Part shown: piece after piece, positions 40,327 to 50,651 of the stretch
Layout: every line of letters starts with the position of its first letter
How positions within the stretch are numbered: the first letter of the stretch is position 1
Origin: an uncultured delta proteobacterium
GTDB taxonomy: Bacteria; Myxococcota_A; Polyangia; Polyangiales; Polyangiaceae
Direction of reading: 5' to 3'
Length of the DNA: 64,000 nt
Assembly: GCA_963841435.1 (NCBI GenBank)
Contig: CAWJCS010000004.1
Coordinates: 768,001-832,000, forward strand
Translations under genes and position numbers: made by a program
The notes under the pieces: model-generated
What the model saw: only the letters and a program-made list of their open reading frames with translations
Databases searched by the model: none
What the model was told of the DNA's origin: nothing

Positions 40327-41523
40327 TCAAATGAGACCCGCGCCGCTCAGCACATCGGTGAGCGCGGCGCCGGTCACCACGGCGTCCTTCGAGCTGTAGA
40401 CGGGGGCACCGAAGCCTGGCGAGAGCGGACTGCCCTCGCCGACGTAGGCCGCGGTCTTGACGTCCAGAAAGTTCTCGATGCAAGAGTTGATGACGTAGAG
40501 GCCACGGAACGAGTACGTGCGCGGCAGCTCGGCCTCGTTGATCATGAGCTCGTGGAGCTTCTCGCCTGGACGAATGCCCACGACCTCGACGGGGGGGCGC
40601 TTGCCGAGCTTCTGCATCAAAACCTCGATGAGGTCCGGGATCTTGAAGGCAGGCAAGCGCGGCACGAACACCTCGCCGCCGATGGCGTACTCGAGGGCCC
40701 GCAGGATCAAATCGACGGCTTGCCCCGGCGTGATGATGAAGCGCGTCATGTCGGGGTCGGTCAGCGGCACCGTCTCGCCGTTTTGGATCTTCTTCGAGAA
40801 GAACGGGATGACCGAGCCGGTGCTTTCGAGCACGTTGCCGTAGCGGACGGTCGTGAAAATGGTGCGCTGGTTGCCCTTGTTGTAGTTGCTCTCGCTGAAG
40901 ATGCGTTCCGCGACGAACTTGCACGCCCCGTAGGTGTTGACGGGCGAGCACGCCTTGTCCGTGGAAATGAGGACGGCGCGTTCTACGCCGCTGTACAGGC
41001 AGGCGTTCACCACGTTCAGCGTGCCGACGATGTTGGTCTGGATCGCTTCTTCGACGTTGTACTCGATCATGTCGAGGCGCTTGAGGGCCGCGGCGTGGAT
41101 CACGAGGTCGGCGCCGCGCGTCGCCTTGATCAGCCGCTGATAGTCGCGCACGTCGCCCACCAGCGTTCTGAGGGCGGGGTGGTCGCAGAACTCCTCTTCG
41201 ACGTTGTGGTGCTTCACCTCGTCGCGACTGAAGACGCGAATGCTGTGCGGACGGTATGGCAACAAGGCGCGGATCAGGCTGCGGCCGAGGTAGCCGGTGC
41301 CGCCGGTGATCAGGATCGTCTTGCCCTCGAGCATCTGCCGAAGCCGCGCGGCGTCGTCCGCGGGGGCGATCGTCGCCGTCGCGCCGCGCGACTCCAGCCG
41401 CCGCGAAAGCTCGTCGGCGCGCTGCGTCAGCCGGGCGAGCGCGGAGCGGAGCTCGGTGAGCTCGGCATGATCCTTCTGATCTTCGTGAGACGGGTTGGGT
41501 CGGCTGCTTTGGGACTCGGTCAT
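40327..41523 (-). CDS. UDP-GlcNAc 4,6-dehydratase, PseB/FlaA1-like
   Basis: TGGTGYLG, FSRDEVK, HAAALK, STDKACSPVNTYGACK, RYGNV, MTRF, GIRPGEKLHE. Confidence 0.85.
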   Translation of the reverse strand: MTESQSSRPNPSHEDQKDHAELTELRSALARLTQRADELSRRLESRGATATIAPADDAARLRQMLEGKTILITGGTGYLGRSLIRALLPYRPHSIRVFSRDEVKHHNVEEEFCDHPALRTLVGDVRDYQRLIKATRGADLVIHAAALKRLDMIEYNVEEAIQTNIVGTLNVVNACLYSGVERAVLISTDKACSPVNTYGACKFVAERIFSESNYNKGNQRTIFTTVRYGNVLESTGSVIPFFSKKIQNGETVPLTDPDMTRFIITPGQAVDLILRALEYAIGGEVFVPRLPAFKIPDLIEVLMQKLGKRPPVEVVGIRPGEKLHELMINEAELPRTYSFRGLYVINSCIENFLDVKTAAYVGEGSPLSPGFGAPVYSSKDAVVTGAALTDVLSGAGLI

Positions 41524-41578
41524 GGGTTCAGACGGGCAGGAGAGTATGCGCTCGAGCGTGTGATCGGGCGACGGGCTC

Positions 41579-42604
41579 CTACTCCTTGGGTTCCTTCTGA
41601 GTTGCTCGTGCTTCGTTGATCATTCGACGGAGCTCCGAGACGGTGAGCCACCGGACCGGCGCTTCGCTCGAATAGCGGGGTGGCAGCGCGCCGTCCAATG
41701 CGGGCGTCGTCCCCCCGGGTTTCAGGTAGGGATGGTCACCGAAAGCAGCGAGCCGCGGCGCGTCCCCCTCGTCCCAGAGCAAGTCGAAGAGGCGCTCGCC
41801 TGGTCGCAGGCCCGTCACCTCCACGGGCGGCGGCCCGCTACCGCCACGCTCGAGCCAGACCGCCTCGGAAAGGTCGTCAATCCGGTAGGCGGGGTAGCGC
41901 GGCAGGAGCGTGGCGCCCGGAATTTCGACGGCCAGGTCGGCGCAGAGCCAGACGAGATCGACCGCTTCGGCGAGCGACAACGCGAAGCGCGTCATGCGGC
42001 GATCCGTCACGCGGATCGTGCCATTTTCTGCCAGCTGTCGGAAGAACAACAGCGCCGCCGAACCGCTCGAACCGATCACGTTCGAGCAGCGCAGGCACAC
42101 GAAGCGTGTGGACCCGAAGGTGTCGGCCTCGGCGAACAGTCGCTCCATCAGCGCCTTGGTCAGCCCGTAAACGCTGGCCGGCGAGCACGCCTTGTCCGTC
42201 GAGACGCCGACGACCCGCGCCACACCGGCCTCGACGGCCGCGCGCGCGACGTGAGTCGAGGCCGTGACGTTGGCCCGGACGGCATCGGCGACGTGGCGCT
42301 CGGCGACCGGCACCTGCTTCTCCGCGGCCGCATGGATGAGCGTGTCGATGCGCTCTTCGGCCAGCAACCGCGCCAGCGCCTGCCCGCCCGCAGGCGACCC
42401 CAGGTCGAGCGTGACGGCTCGAATGCCGGAGAGCTCGCGTTCGAGGGCCGCGCACTTTCCGGCATCGCGCGAGACGACCACGAGCCGCGCCGGCCAGCCT
42501 TCGCGATGCGCGCGGCCGAGCAACGCCCGTCCGAGCGATCCCGTGCCTCCCGTCACCAGGATGCGGCCCGAGCGCTGTGTCGAGGGGGAAGCCGGCGGCA
42601 CCAT
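41579..42604 (-). CDS. Second PseB/CapD-like nucleotide-sugar dehydratase
   Basis: TGGTGSLG, HAAAEKQV, STDKACSPASVYGLTK, MTRF, GLRPGE. Confidence 0.8.
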   Translation of the reverse strand: MVPPASPSTQRSGRILVTGGTGSLGRALLGRAHREGWPARLVVVSRDAGKCAALERELSGIRAVTLDLGSPAGGQALARLLAEERIDTLIHAAAEKQVPVAERHVADAVRANVTASTHVARAAVEAGVARVVGVSTDKACSPASVYGLTKALMERLFAEADTFGSTRFVCLRCSNVIGSSGSAALLFFRQLAENGTIRVTDRRMTRFALSLAEAVDLVWLCADLAVEIPGATLLPRYPAYRIDDLSEAVWLERGGSGPPPVEVTGLRPGERLFDLLWDEGDAPRLAAFGDHPYLKPGGTTPALDGALPPRYSSEAPVRWLTVSELRRMINEARATQKEPKE

Positions 42605-42608
42605 GGCG

Positions 42609-43694
42609 TCAGCGCGGCGGGGGAGCCGGGGAGGACGCGCTTGGTAGCGCTAGTGACGCGTCGATGACGCGCTCGGCGCCGCGGCCGTCGACGACGCGTT
42701 GCGCCCTCTCGCTCATCGCTTGCCGCGCGGCAGGTTCGAGTAGCGTGGCGCACGCCCGGGCCACGGCGTCGGCCGTGAGATCCAGTGGGCCTCCGGCGTG
42801 CAACGAGGCCCCCGTGGCCGTGAACGAGGTCGCCCACGGGACCTGGTGCGGCACGGTCGCGACGGTGACGGCAGGCGTGCCGCAGGCCGCCGCCTCGTAC
42901 TTGGTCACACCCGCCGAGACGACGGCAAGATCGGCCACCCGAAGCAGCGGGAAAATGGACGGAAGGCTGGTGTGCACTCGTATCGCATTGGAGCGGGGGA
43001 GCACGCCGGCATCCTTTAGCGCCGTCACGTCCTCCATGCCCGCGAGCAGGTCGATCTCGAGCCCGTCGCCGCACGCCGCGACCAGTCCGGCGAGCACCGG
43101 CGCGAGCAGCGTGGGCGCGACGACGCCGCCGCCCAGCGCGACGACCGCGCGCCCGGGAGCGCCGTCGTGTCGCCGAGACGGCGCGCCGGCGTATTCGCTG
43201 CCGAGAATCGCGTACGCGGGGCCCAGCAAAAACCGTGGGGCGAAGCGCTGGTCGTAGTCTTCGGGTCTCGCATCGCCCGCCGGGTTCACGAGCACCGCGT
43301 GCGGGAAGCGCGCCCGCGTCAAGTCGTCGATCACGATCGACGGTGCCAGGCGGGCGATTTCGCCGAGCAGCTCGGCGTACGCCCGGAGATCCCGCGTCTC
43401 GTCCGTATTGGAGAGGTCGACGACCGAAAGCTCGACACCCCGACGTGTTGCGATGTCTCGGCAGAGCCGAGCGTCGTCCGCGGGGCGGGCCCCGGGATCG
43501 AGCCCCACGAACTCGCAGCCGGCGCTCTCCATGCGCTGCCGGATCCGCGCGTCGTGAGTGCGGGCCACGGCGATCACGTGCGCGCCGCGCGCCAGGAGTC
43601 GTTGGGTCACGGCGAGCGCCCGAGTGACGTTTCCCATGCCGAGCTTCGCTGACCCGTCGGCGCGTGCGAGGACCACCTTGGGAAACGAGGTCAC
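42609..43694 (-). CDS. PseG/SpsG-like UDP-sugar hydrolase (GT-B fold)
   Basis: RADGSAKLGMGNVTRALA, IVIDD, LLGPAYAIL, ALGG, AGVTKYEAAACGTP, VDGRGAERV. Confidence 0.78.
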   Translation of the reverse strand: MTSFPKVVLARADGSAKLGMGNVTRALAVTQRLLARGAHVIAVARTHDARIRQRMESAGCEFVGLDPGARPADDARLCRDIATRRGVELSVVDLSNTDETRDLRAYAELLGEIARLAPSIVIDDLTRARFPHAVLVNPAGDARPEDYDQRFAPRFLLGPAYAILGSEYAGAPSRRHDGAPGRAVVALGGGVVAPTLLAPVLAGLVAACGDGLEIDLLAGMEDVTALKDAGVLPRSNAIRVHTSLPSIFPLLRVADLAVVSAGVTKYEAAACGTPAVTVATVPHQVPWATSFTATGASLHAGGPLDLTADAVARACATLLEPAARQAMSERAQRVVDGRGAERVIDASLALPSASSPAPPPR

Positions 43695-44449
43695 GGGTAG
43701 CCCCGCTGGCGGACGTGCTCGTTGATGGCGACGAGGTCCGGGCGCGCGTCGAAGAGCGCGGTGAGAGCCGCAGCGTCCGGCAGCGCCTCCCCCGGCCGAA
43801 ATAGCGCGTCGTAGAGCGCGGCGATGAGCTCGTAGTCCTCTTTCGTGTCCAGACTGAGCCGCGGGTGATGCGCGCCGAGGACGGGCCCGGTGCTCACACG
43901 CTCGACCCGGAAGTCGTGGCCCCGTGCGTAGAGGTAGGGCATGACGTGGGTCCGGTCGGACGCATCGACGGCTTCGCGCGCCGCGCGCTCGAGCGCCCCG
44001 GCGGACGCCACCTCGACCTCGAAGCCGTGGATGCACGAGGTATCGTCGGGCCAGTTGGCGCTCATGTTCGACGTGTAGTCGGCGTCGCTCGCGAGGTGGG
44101 CGAGAACGACGCGATCGACCAGCGACGGCAGGAGCAGCGGCTTGTCCGCGGGCATGCGCACCACGCAGTCGCCCGCGGCACTCTGCAGCGCACCGACGAA
44201 CCGCCCGAGCACGTCGTCGAGCGAGCCGCGATGAAGGGCAACGCCCCAGCGTGTGCAGGCAGCGGCGATGGCGTCGTCGCTCGTCTCCACGCTGGTCGCG
44301 ACGACGACGGCGCCCACGCTCTTACAGCGCTTCAAACGCTCGACGATGTGCCACAGAACCGGCCGGCCGGCCAATGGAAGCAGAACCTTACCGGGAAGCC
44401 GCTTGGACGACATGCGGGCTTGGATGACGGCAACGACTCTCGGCGGCAC
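43691..44449 (-). CDS. SpsF/PseF-like cytidylyltransferase
   Basis: IQARMSSKRLPGKVL, RGSLDDVLGRF, RLSLDTKED. Confidence 0.85.
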   Translation of the reverse strand: MPPRVVAVIQARMSSKRLPGKVLLPLAGRPVLWHIVERLKRCKSVGAVVVATSVETSDDAIAAACTRWGVALHRGSLDDVLGRFVGALQSAAGDCVVRMPADKPLLLPSLVDRVVLAHLASDADYTSNMSANWPDDTSCIHGFEVEVASAGALERAAREAVDASDRTHVMPYLYARGHDFRVERVSTGPVLGAHHPRLSLDTKEDYELIAALYDALFRPGEALPDAAALTALFDARPDLVAINEHVRQRGYP

Positions 44450-44705
44450 GGTGATGCTCCCGAGCGCGTCGCCCGGGCCCGGCAGGCTACATACCACGAG
44501 CGCCCAGGGGCCCCTCGGGTCCGCCGGGCGCGCTCGACGCGGGGCGCGGCCCATGGCAGAAGCGCCCGCCTAGGCCGAGCTAACGGCTCGCGTTCAGCCC
44601 GCCGAGACCGAGGCGAAAAGGGTCGCCCGCCGGCGCTACGAGTCGCGAGCTTCTCGCCCGGCCGGGGCACGATAGAGCTGCGGAGAACACATGAGCTTCA
44701 ACCTG

Positions 44706-46000
44706 CATGCCCTCGTAGCCGGCGTAGGCGTGGTGGCGCTCCTGGTTGATGTCGAGCCAGGGCGTGCGGGTCTTCAGCGCGACGAACTGGGTGCGCCCGC
44801 CGGACATCAGAATGTCGGCCTCGCCGCCCGCCAGCATGCGCCACAGCTCCTTCGGCGGGATTCGTCGACCATTGGTGCATCGTCGCCCATGATCTGGCGG
44901 ATGCGGTCCTTGTCCTCGTCTGTCGACTTGCGGACCGAGGTCGAGACGACGGTCATGCCGAGTTCCTGCAGGGCACCGATCATCGCCCACGACTTGACGC
45001 CGCCGGTGTAAAGCAGCACCCGCCGGCCTTCGAGGCGGGCGCGGTAGGGGCCGAGGGCGGTCGTCGCCTTCAGCGCTTCCTCCGCGGTCACCGCCTCGGC
45101 GCGGGCGAGCAGGTCCGCCGGCGCGCCGCGCTCGACCAGCATGCGGGCGAGGGTCAAAGCGAGGCCGTCGTCCCGCCGATGCCGTAGAACGAGCCCTCGA
45201 AGAACGGGATGCCGAAGCGCGCCTCCAACTTGCGGGCGAGCGAGACCAGCGCCTGGCTGCAGACGACCATGTTGACGCGCGCCCGATGCGCGGTGCAGAC
45301 GTCGGCGTAGCGGGCGTCGCCGGTGATCGAGGCGAGGATGCGGATGCCGATGCGAGCGAGGAGCGGGCGGATTTGCCCGATCTCGCCGGCGACGTTGTAT
45401 TCGCCCAAGAGGTTGATGTCGAAGGGGGTGGAGGTCTCCGGCTCGCGGGTGCCGATGACGTGGTCGAGCAGGGCGTCGCCGGCGAGCTTGTTGCCGAAGT
45501 TCTTTGATCCGGCGAACCCCGGCGCCGTTCACCGGGATGACCGGCGTCGAGAGCCGCTTCGCCGCTTCCGCGCACACTGCGTCGACGTGCTCGCCAGTCA
45601 GGGCCGGCACGCAGGTGACGTAGACGAAGACGGCGGGCGGCCGGAAGCGCTCGATGATCTCCTTGATCGCCCGGTAGAGCTTCTTCTCGGCGCCGTGGAT
45701 GATGTCGAGCTCGGAAAGGTCGGTGGTGAAGCCGGACCGGTAGAGGGTGGGGCCGGTGGAGCCGACGTTGCGGCTGTTCCAGCTGTTGCCTTCGCAGGCG
45801 ATCGGGCCGTGGACGAGATGTGCCGCATCGGTGATCGGCTGCAGGGCGATCTTGGCGCCGTCGAAGGCACAGCCGCCGGCGGCGGCGCCGGGGGTGAGCG
45901 TCTTCGCCGAGCAGCCTGCTTTCCGCTCCTTCGCCGTCTTCGCCTGATTGACGGCGCAGCCGGGCTCGTCGAACGCCTTCGTCAGCTTGTCGGTCAGCAT
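44706..46000 (-). CDS. nifE: Nitrogenase FeMo-cofactor scaffold NifE, 3'-truncated at the junction, with indels
   Basis: PGAAAGGCAFDGA, HGPIACEGNSW, GEYNVAGE, YTGGVKSW, PWLDINQERHHAYAGYEGM, then an abrupt loss of similarity. Confidence 0.93.
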
Positions 46001-46102
46001 CCGGCCCTCCCGATAGGCTCCGTCGGCCGAGGTAGGATCCCCGCGTGACGACGCCGTCCGGGCGCGAGAGGAGAGGGACGGACGGCGCGCACGCGGAGAC
46101 GC

Positions 46103-46119
46103 GGAGCCATGACGGCTCC
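46103..46119 (-). terminator. Short hairpin directly after the nifK stop (possible terminator or processing site)
   Basis: GGAGCC-5 nt-GGCTCC; no U-tract. Confidence 0.35.
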
Positions 46120-46234
46120 TAGCGGGTGAGATCGAACGAGATGTCGGTCTCGCCCGCCGTGTCGGTTGCCCGATCGAGATCATCGAAGATGCGGTCGAGG
46201 ATGCGGACCAGCACCTGCAGTCCCCCCTGGTAGC

Positions 46235-46235
<1 letters not shown>
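46119..46235 (-). pseudogene. nifK: C-terminal remnant (38 codons) of nitrogenase MoFe beta subunit
   Basis: Manual translation GYQGGLQVLVRILDRIFDDLDRATDTAGETDISFDLTR*, the typical NifK C-terminus, located just before nifE. Confidence 0.88.
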
Positions 46236-47299
<1,064 letters not shown>

Positions 47300-47353
47300 T
47301 TACACTCCTCTCGCTTGGGAAACGGGTGGGCGTGACGCCCTTGCCGGTTGAAT

Positions 47354-47369
47354 TGCAAGGCCTGTGCCA
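47354..47369 (-). promoter_or_regulatory. Sigma54 (-24/-12) promoter of nifH
   Basis: TGGCAC-AGGCC-TTGCA on the minus strand, consensus match. Confidence 0.9.
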
Positions 47370-47452
47370 CCGCCTCGCCAGCGCAAAAGCGGCTCGTATT
47401 AGCAACAGTTAGCGCCTGGAACCCGGGCTGTTGCCGGCGCCGCCGCAGCGGC

Positions 47453-47497
47453 TGTTGCGAAGCCGACAATCCGCGACACTCTGTCCGAACCGGTACA
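47453..47497. promoter_or_regulatory. Two NifA upstream activator sequences for nifH
   Basis: TGT-N10-ACA at 47453-47468 and 47482-47497. Confidence 0.85.
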
Positions 47498-47628
47498 GCG
47501 CCGGACGCCGGGGAGCTGCGGGCCGGCTCCGGTTTCGGTCCGCCCGCAGCGGCTCGTTCGCGCCCGCAGAGTTGGCCCGGCGCTTGCTTTAAGCGCGGTC
47601 AGGGGTTTCGGAAAAAACGGGCGTGACG

Positions 47629-48465
47629 ATGGAAACGACGACGGAAGCAGCGGGCGTATGGCGGCGGGGTGGCGGCACCAACCTGATCGGGGTGCCCGTC
47701 CGCCGTGTTCGCCAGCACCGCCTTCAATGCCGATGCTCCGCCCGTGCACATCGCCGGCACCCGCGAGATGAACCGCGACCTGTTCCGCATGCTCGCCGGC
47801 GCCGGGTCGATCGCCGAGGCCGCCGACATTTTCTCCGCCTACACGGCGCGATGTTCGGCCTCGCCGCCGAGCCGCGGCGCGGATAAGCCCGAAGAAGGCG
47901 CGGCCGCCCGGCGCTATCGCACCGGCTATCTGCGGCTGCTGCGCGGCTGGGCGTACGATTCCAACAGCCCGGAGGGGGCGGTGCTGAAGGGCTGGGTGGA
48001 AAGCCGGTTCGGCCTGATGCCGACCTATCACAAGCAGCCGCTCACCCATTTCACCGTCGCCGGCCTGGGCCAGATACGTCGAGGAGAAGATCGGCAGCCG
48101 CTTCCATAACAACGCCATCACGAGCCAGCTCGACCTTCTCTACGAATACGCCCAGTGGGTGCGGAGGCCGGTTCTATCCGGAGGAGCGGCTGCTCCGGCT
48201 CTATCGCGGCGTCAACGATTTCGACGAGCATCCGATCGTCGAGCGGCGGACGAAGCGGCAGGTGGTGGTCCGCCTCAACAACCTCGTCTCGTTCACCTGC
48301 GAGCGGGACATGGCGACGTGGTTCGGCGACTACATCCTCGAAGCCGATGTTCCGGCGGTGAAGGTTCTCTTCTTCAACGCGTTACTCCCCCGGCATGCGC
48401 TCAAGGGAGAAGGCGAGGTGCTGGTGATCGGCGGCGACTACCTCGTCACCGCATCCTGCTACTGA
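47629..48465 (+). CDS. draT: NAD(+)-dinitrogenase-reductase ADP-ribosyltransferase (several indels)
   Basis: YLRLLRGWAYDSNSPEGAVLKGWVESRFGL, LYRGVND, LNNLVSFT, LKGEGEVLVIGG; divergent from nifH. Confidence 0.92.
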
Positions 48466-48478
48466 ACGTATTGGCCGA

Positions 48479-49417
48479 ATGACGTCGCCCCGTCCTCTCG
48501 TTTGCGACCGATGCCGGGATTTCCGACCGGGCGCTCGGCGCCTATCTGGGCTTTGCCATCGGCGATGCCCTCGGCGCCACCGTCGAATTCATGACGCCGG
48601 CGGAGATCGCCCGCCAGTACGGCGTGCATACGCGGATGATCGGCGGCGGCTGGCTGAAGCTGGAAGCGGGTCAGGTCACCGACGATACCGAAATGACGCT
48701 CTGCGTCGGCCGCGCTATCGTGCGGTGCCGGCGGCTGGGATCTGAAAGCCGTCTGCGAGGAATTCGCCCAATGGCTGAAGCGGGTGCCGGTCGACGTCGG
48801 CAATACCGTCCGTCGCGGCATCCGCCGGTATATCGTCGACGGGACGATGGCGGCGCCGCCCAGTGACGGCGACGGCGGCAACGGCGCCTGCATGCGCAAT
48901 CTGCCGGTCGCGCTGGCGACGCTCGGCCGTCCGGACGATTTCCAAGACGTGGACGCTGCAGCAGTGCCACGTCACCCACAATCACCCGCTGTCGGACGCG
49001 GCGGCGCTCGCTCTCGGCCGGATGGTCCAGCGTCTGGTGCTGGGCGGCGGCGTCACCGCCTGCCGGGAAGAGGCGAAGGCGCTCGTTGCGGCGCATCCGG
49101 GCTTCCGCTTCGAGCGCTATCGCGGGCCGTGCTCCGCCTATATCGTCGATACCGTCCGCACCGTCCTCAAAAACTACTTTCTCACCGACTCGATCCGTAC
49201 CTGCGTCACCGAGACGGTGAACATGGGAGGCGACGCCGACACCGCCGGCGCCTTTGCCGGGATGCTGGCCGGCGCCACCTACGGGGCCGCCACATTGCCG
49301 GAAGGCTGGCTCCGGCGGCTCAATCCCGCCATCGGCAAGGAGATCTCGGCGCAGGTTCCGCAGATCCTCGCCATCGCCGACCGGCGGCGGCGGGCGCCAT
49401 GCGGCAAAGATTCTTGA
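48479..49417 (+). CDS. draG: ADP-ribosyl-dinitrogenase reductase glycohydrolase (several indels)
   Basis: GDALGATVEF (alternate frame), IGGGWLKLEAGQVTDDTEM, PVDVGNTVRRGI, GNGACMRNLP, THNHPLSD, GGDADT. Confidence 0.92.
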
Positions 49418-49471
49418 TGGACGCCGGTGAAGTAATCCGGGAGCGATGGGAACGACTTGTGTTGTCTGCTG

Positions 49472-49681
49472 CTAGGTGTTGAGGCGGAAGCCGACTTTGA
49501 GGACGACCTGGTAGGAGCTGACCTTGCCGTTCTCGACCTGGCCGCGGAGTTCCTGAACCTCAAACCAGGTCAGGTTGTCAGGGTTGAACCCGCCGCTGCG
49601 ATGGCGTTGTCGATGGCGGCCGAAATGCTGGTCCGGCGAAGTCCCGACGAGTTCGACTTTTTTGAAGACGCTGTTCTGCAT
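49472..49681 (-). CDS. Dodecin (flavin-binding protein)
   Basis: FKKVELVGTS...WFEVQELRG...YQVVLKVGFRL, about 69 aa; compensating indels in the middle. Confidence 0.85.
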   Translation of the reverse strand: MQNSVFKKVELVGTSPDQHFGRHRQRHRSGGFNPDNLTWFEVQELRGQVENGKVSSYQVVLKVGFRLNT

Positions 49682-49827
49682 GGGGTTATTCCTTGGCCGC
49701 TGAGACAGGGGTTTCCGACACATGGCGGGATGCGCAGCCGAGGTCAATGGCCGCAGCCGAAAGCACCTGAAGGCACTGCAAGGTCACAGAGGCCGCCAGC
49801 GGGCGGCACCGCCTCGCCGGGCGCCTC

Positions 49828-50038
49828 TCAGTCGCCCGAAATGCGGCGCGCCTCGACCGTCAACGGCAGCCGGGTGTCGGCGGCCAGTGTCCGGCATCGC
49901 GAAGCGCCAGCCGTTCGCGAGTTCGATCCAGCCACCCCACAACTCCGATCGTTCGCGGGCGACGACCGGCTGTTCCAGATCCTTCTTGGCGACGTAGAGC
50001 GAATACTGCTCGCCGCGTCGCGCCAGGGTCACCTTCAT
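49828..50038 (-). CDS. nifT: NifT/FixU
   Basis: MKVTL...YVAKKDLEQPVV...WGGWIELANGW...RLPLTVEARR (indel near the end). Confidence 0.88.
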
Positions 50039-50366
50039 CCTGCGCCTCCGCCGCCGCTCGTTTCCGACCGGTTCCAGTTCGCCCTGGCGCATGCCGACGA
50101 TCCGGCCGCGTTCGTAGAAGTCGACGGCATAGATGTAGTAGCGCTGCAGAAACTCGCCGATCGACTGGATATAGCCGACGTCACCGGCATCGATCAGCAC
50201 CGTGCCCCGCGCCAGACCGGGATAGGTGCCGTCGTTGCGGACGCTGTGCAGCGCCCGGACCTTCTGACCCGGCTCGAACGTCGGCGGATCGAAGGTCTCG
50301 ATCGGCGCCGGCGTCACCGCAGCCGCCGCCGGCGGCGGTGACGGCATCGATTGTCGCGCGCGTCAT
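50035..50366 (-). CDS. nifZ: NifZ
   Basis: PTFEPGQKVRA..VRNDGTYPG...GDVGYIQSIGEFLQRYYIYAVDF...VGMR; ends are approximate because of indels. Confidence 0.88.
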
Positions 50367-50555
50367 CCACGGACGATGGTGTCGGCCGGGCAGGACGCCA
50401 CACACTGAGGCTCGTCGAATTGGCCGCTTGCATTCGGTACAACGGGCCGCGTTGATCACGCAGACGTCGCCCTTCATGCTGATTGCGTTATTGGGGCATC
50501 CGAACTCGCACGAACCGCAGCCGGTGCAACCGGATGGATCGATCTTGTAGGCCAT
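50363..50555 (-). CDS. fdxN: 2[4Fe-4S] ferredoxin, FdxN-type
   Basis: MAYKI..CTGCGSCEFGCPNNAI...CTEC..FDEPQCVASCP (one indel); follows nifB. Confidence 0.85.
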
Positions 50556-50651
50556 CGACGATACTCCAATCGTCTGGTCGTCCGGCCAGCGGCCGGACGA
50601 CGGGGTCGAGGCCCGGCCTTGAGCGGACGGGCCGGAATGTCCGGCTCGGAC

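Noticed and set aside
49705-49720. NifA box upstream of dodecin
   Set aside because: Minus strand reads TGT-N10-TGT, only a half match, and there is no sigma54 motif nearby.
49784-50347. NifZ-NifT fusion
   Set aside because: Better explained by an indel just before the usual ATGA overlap at 50035-50038.
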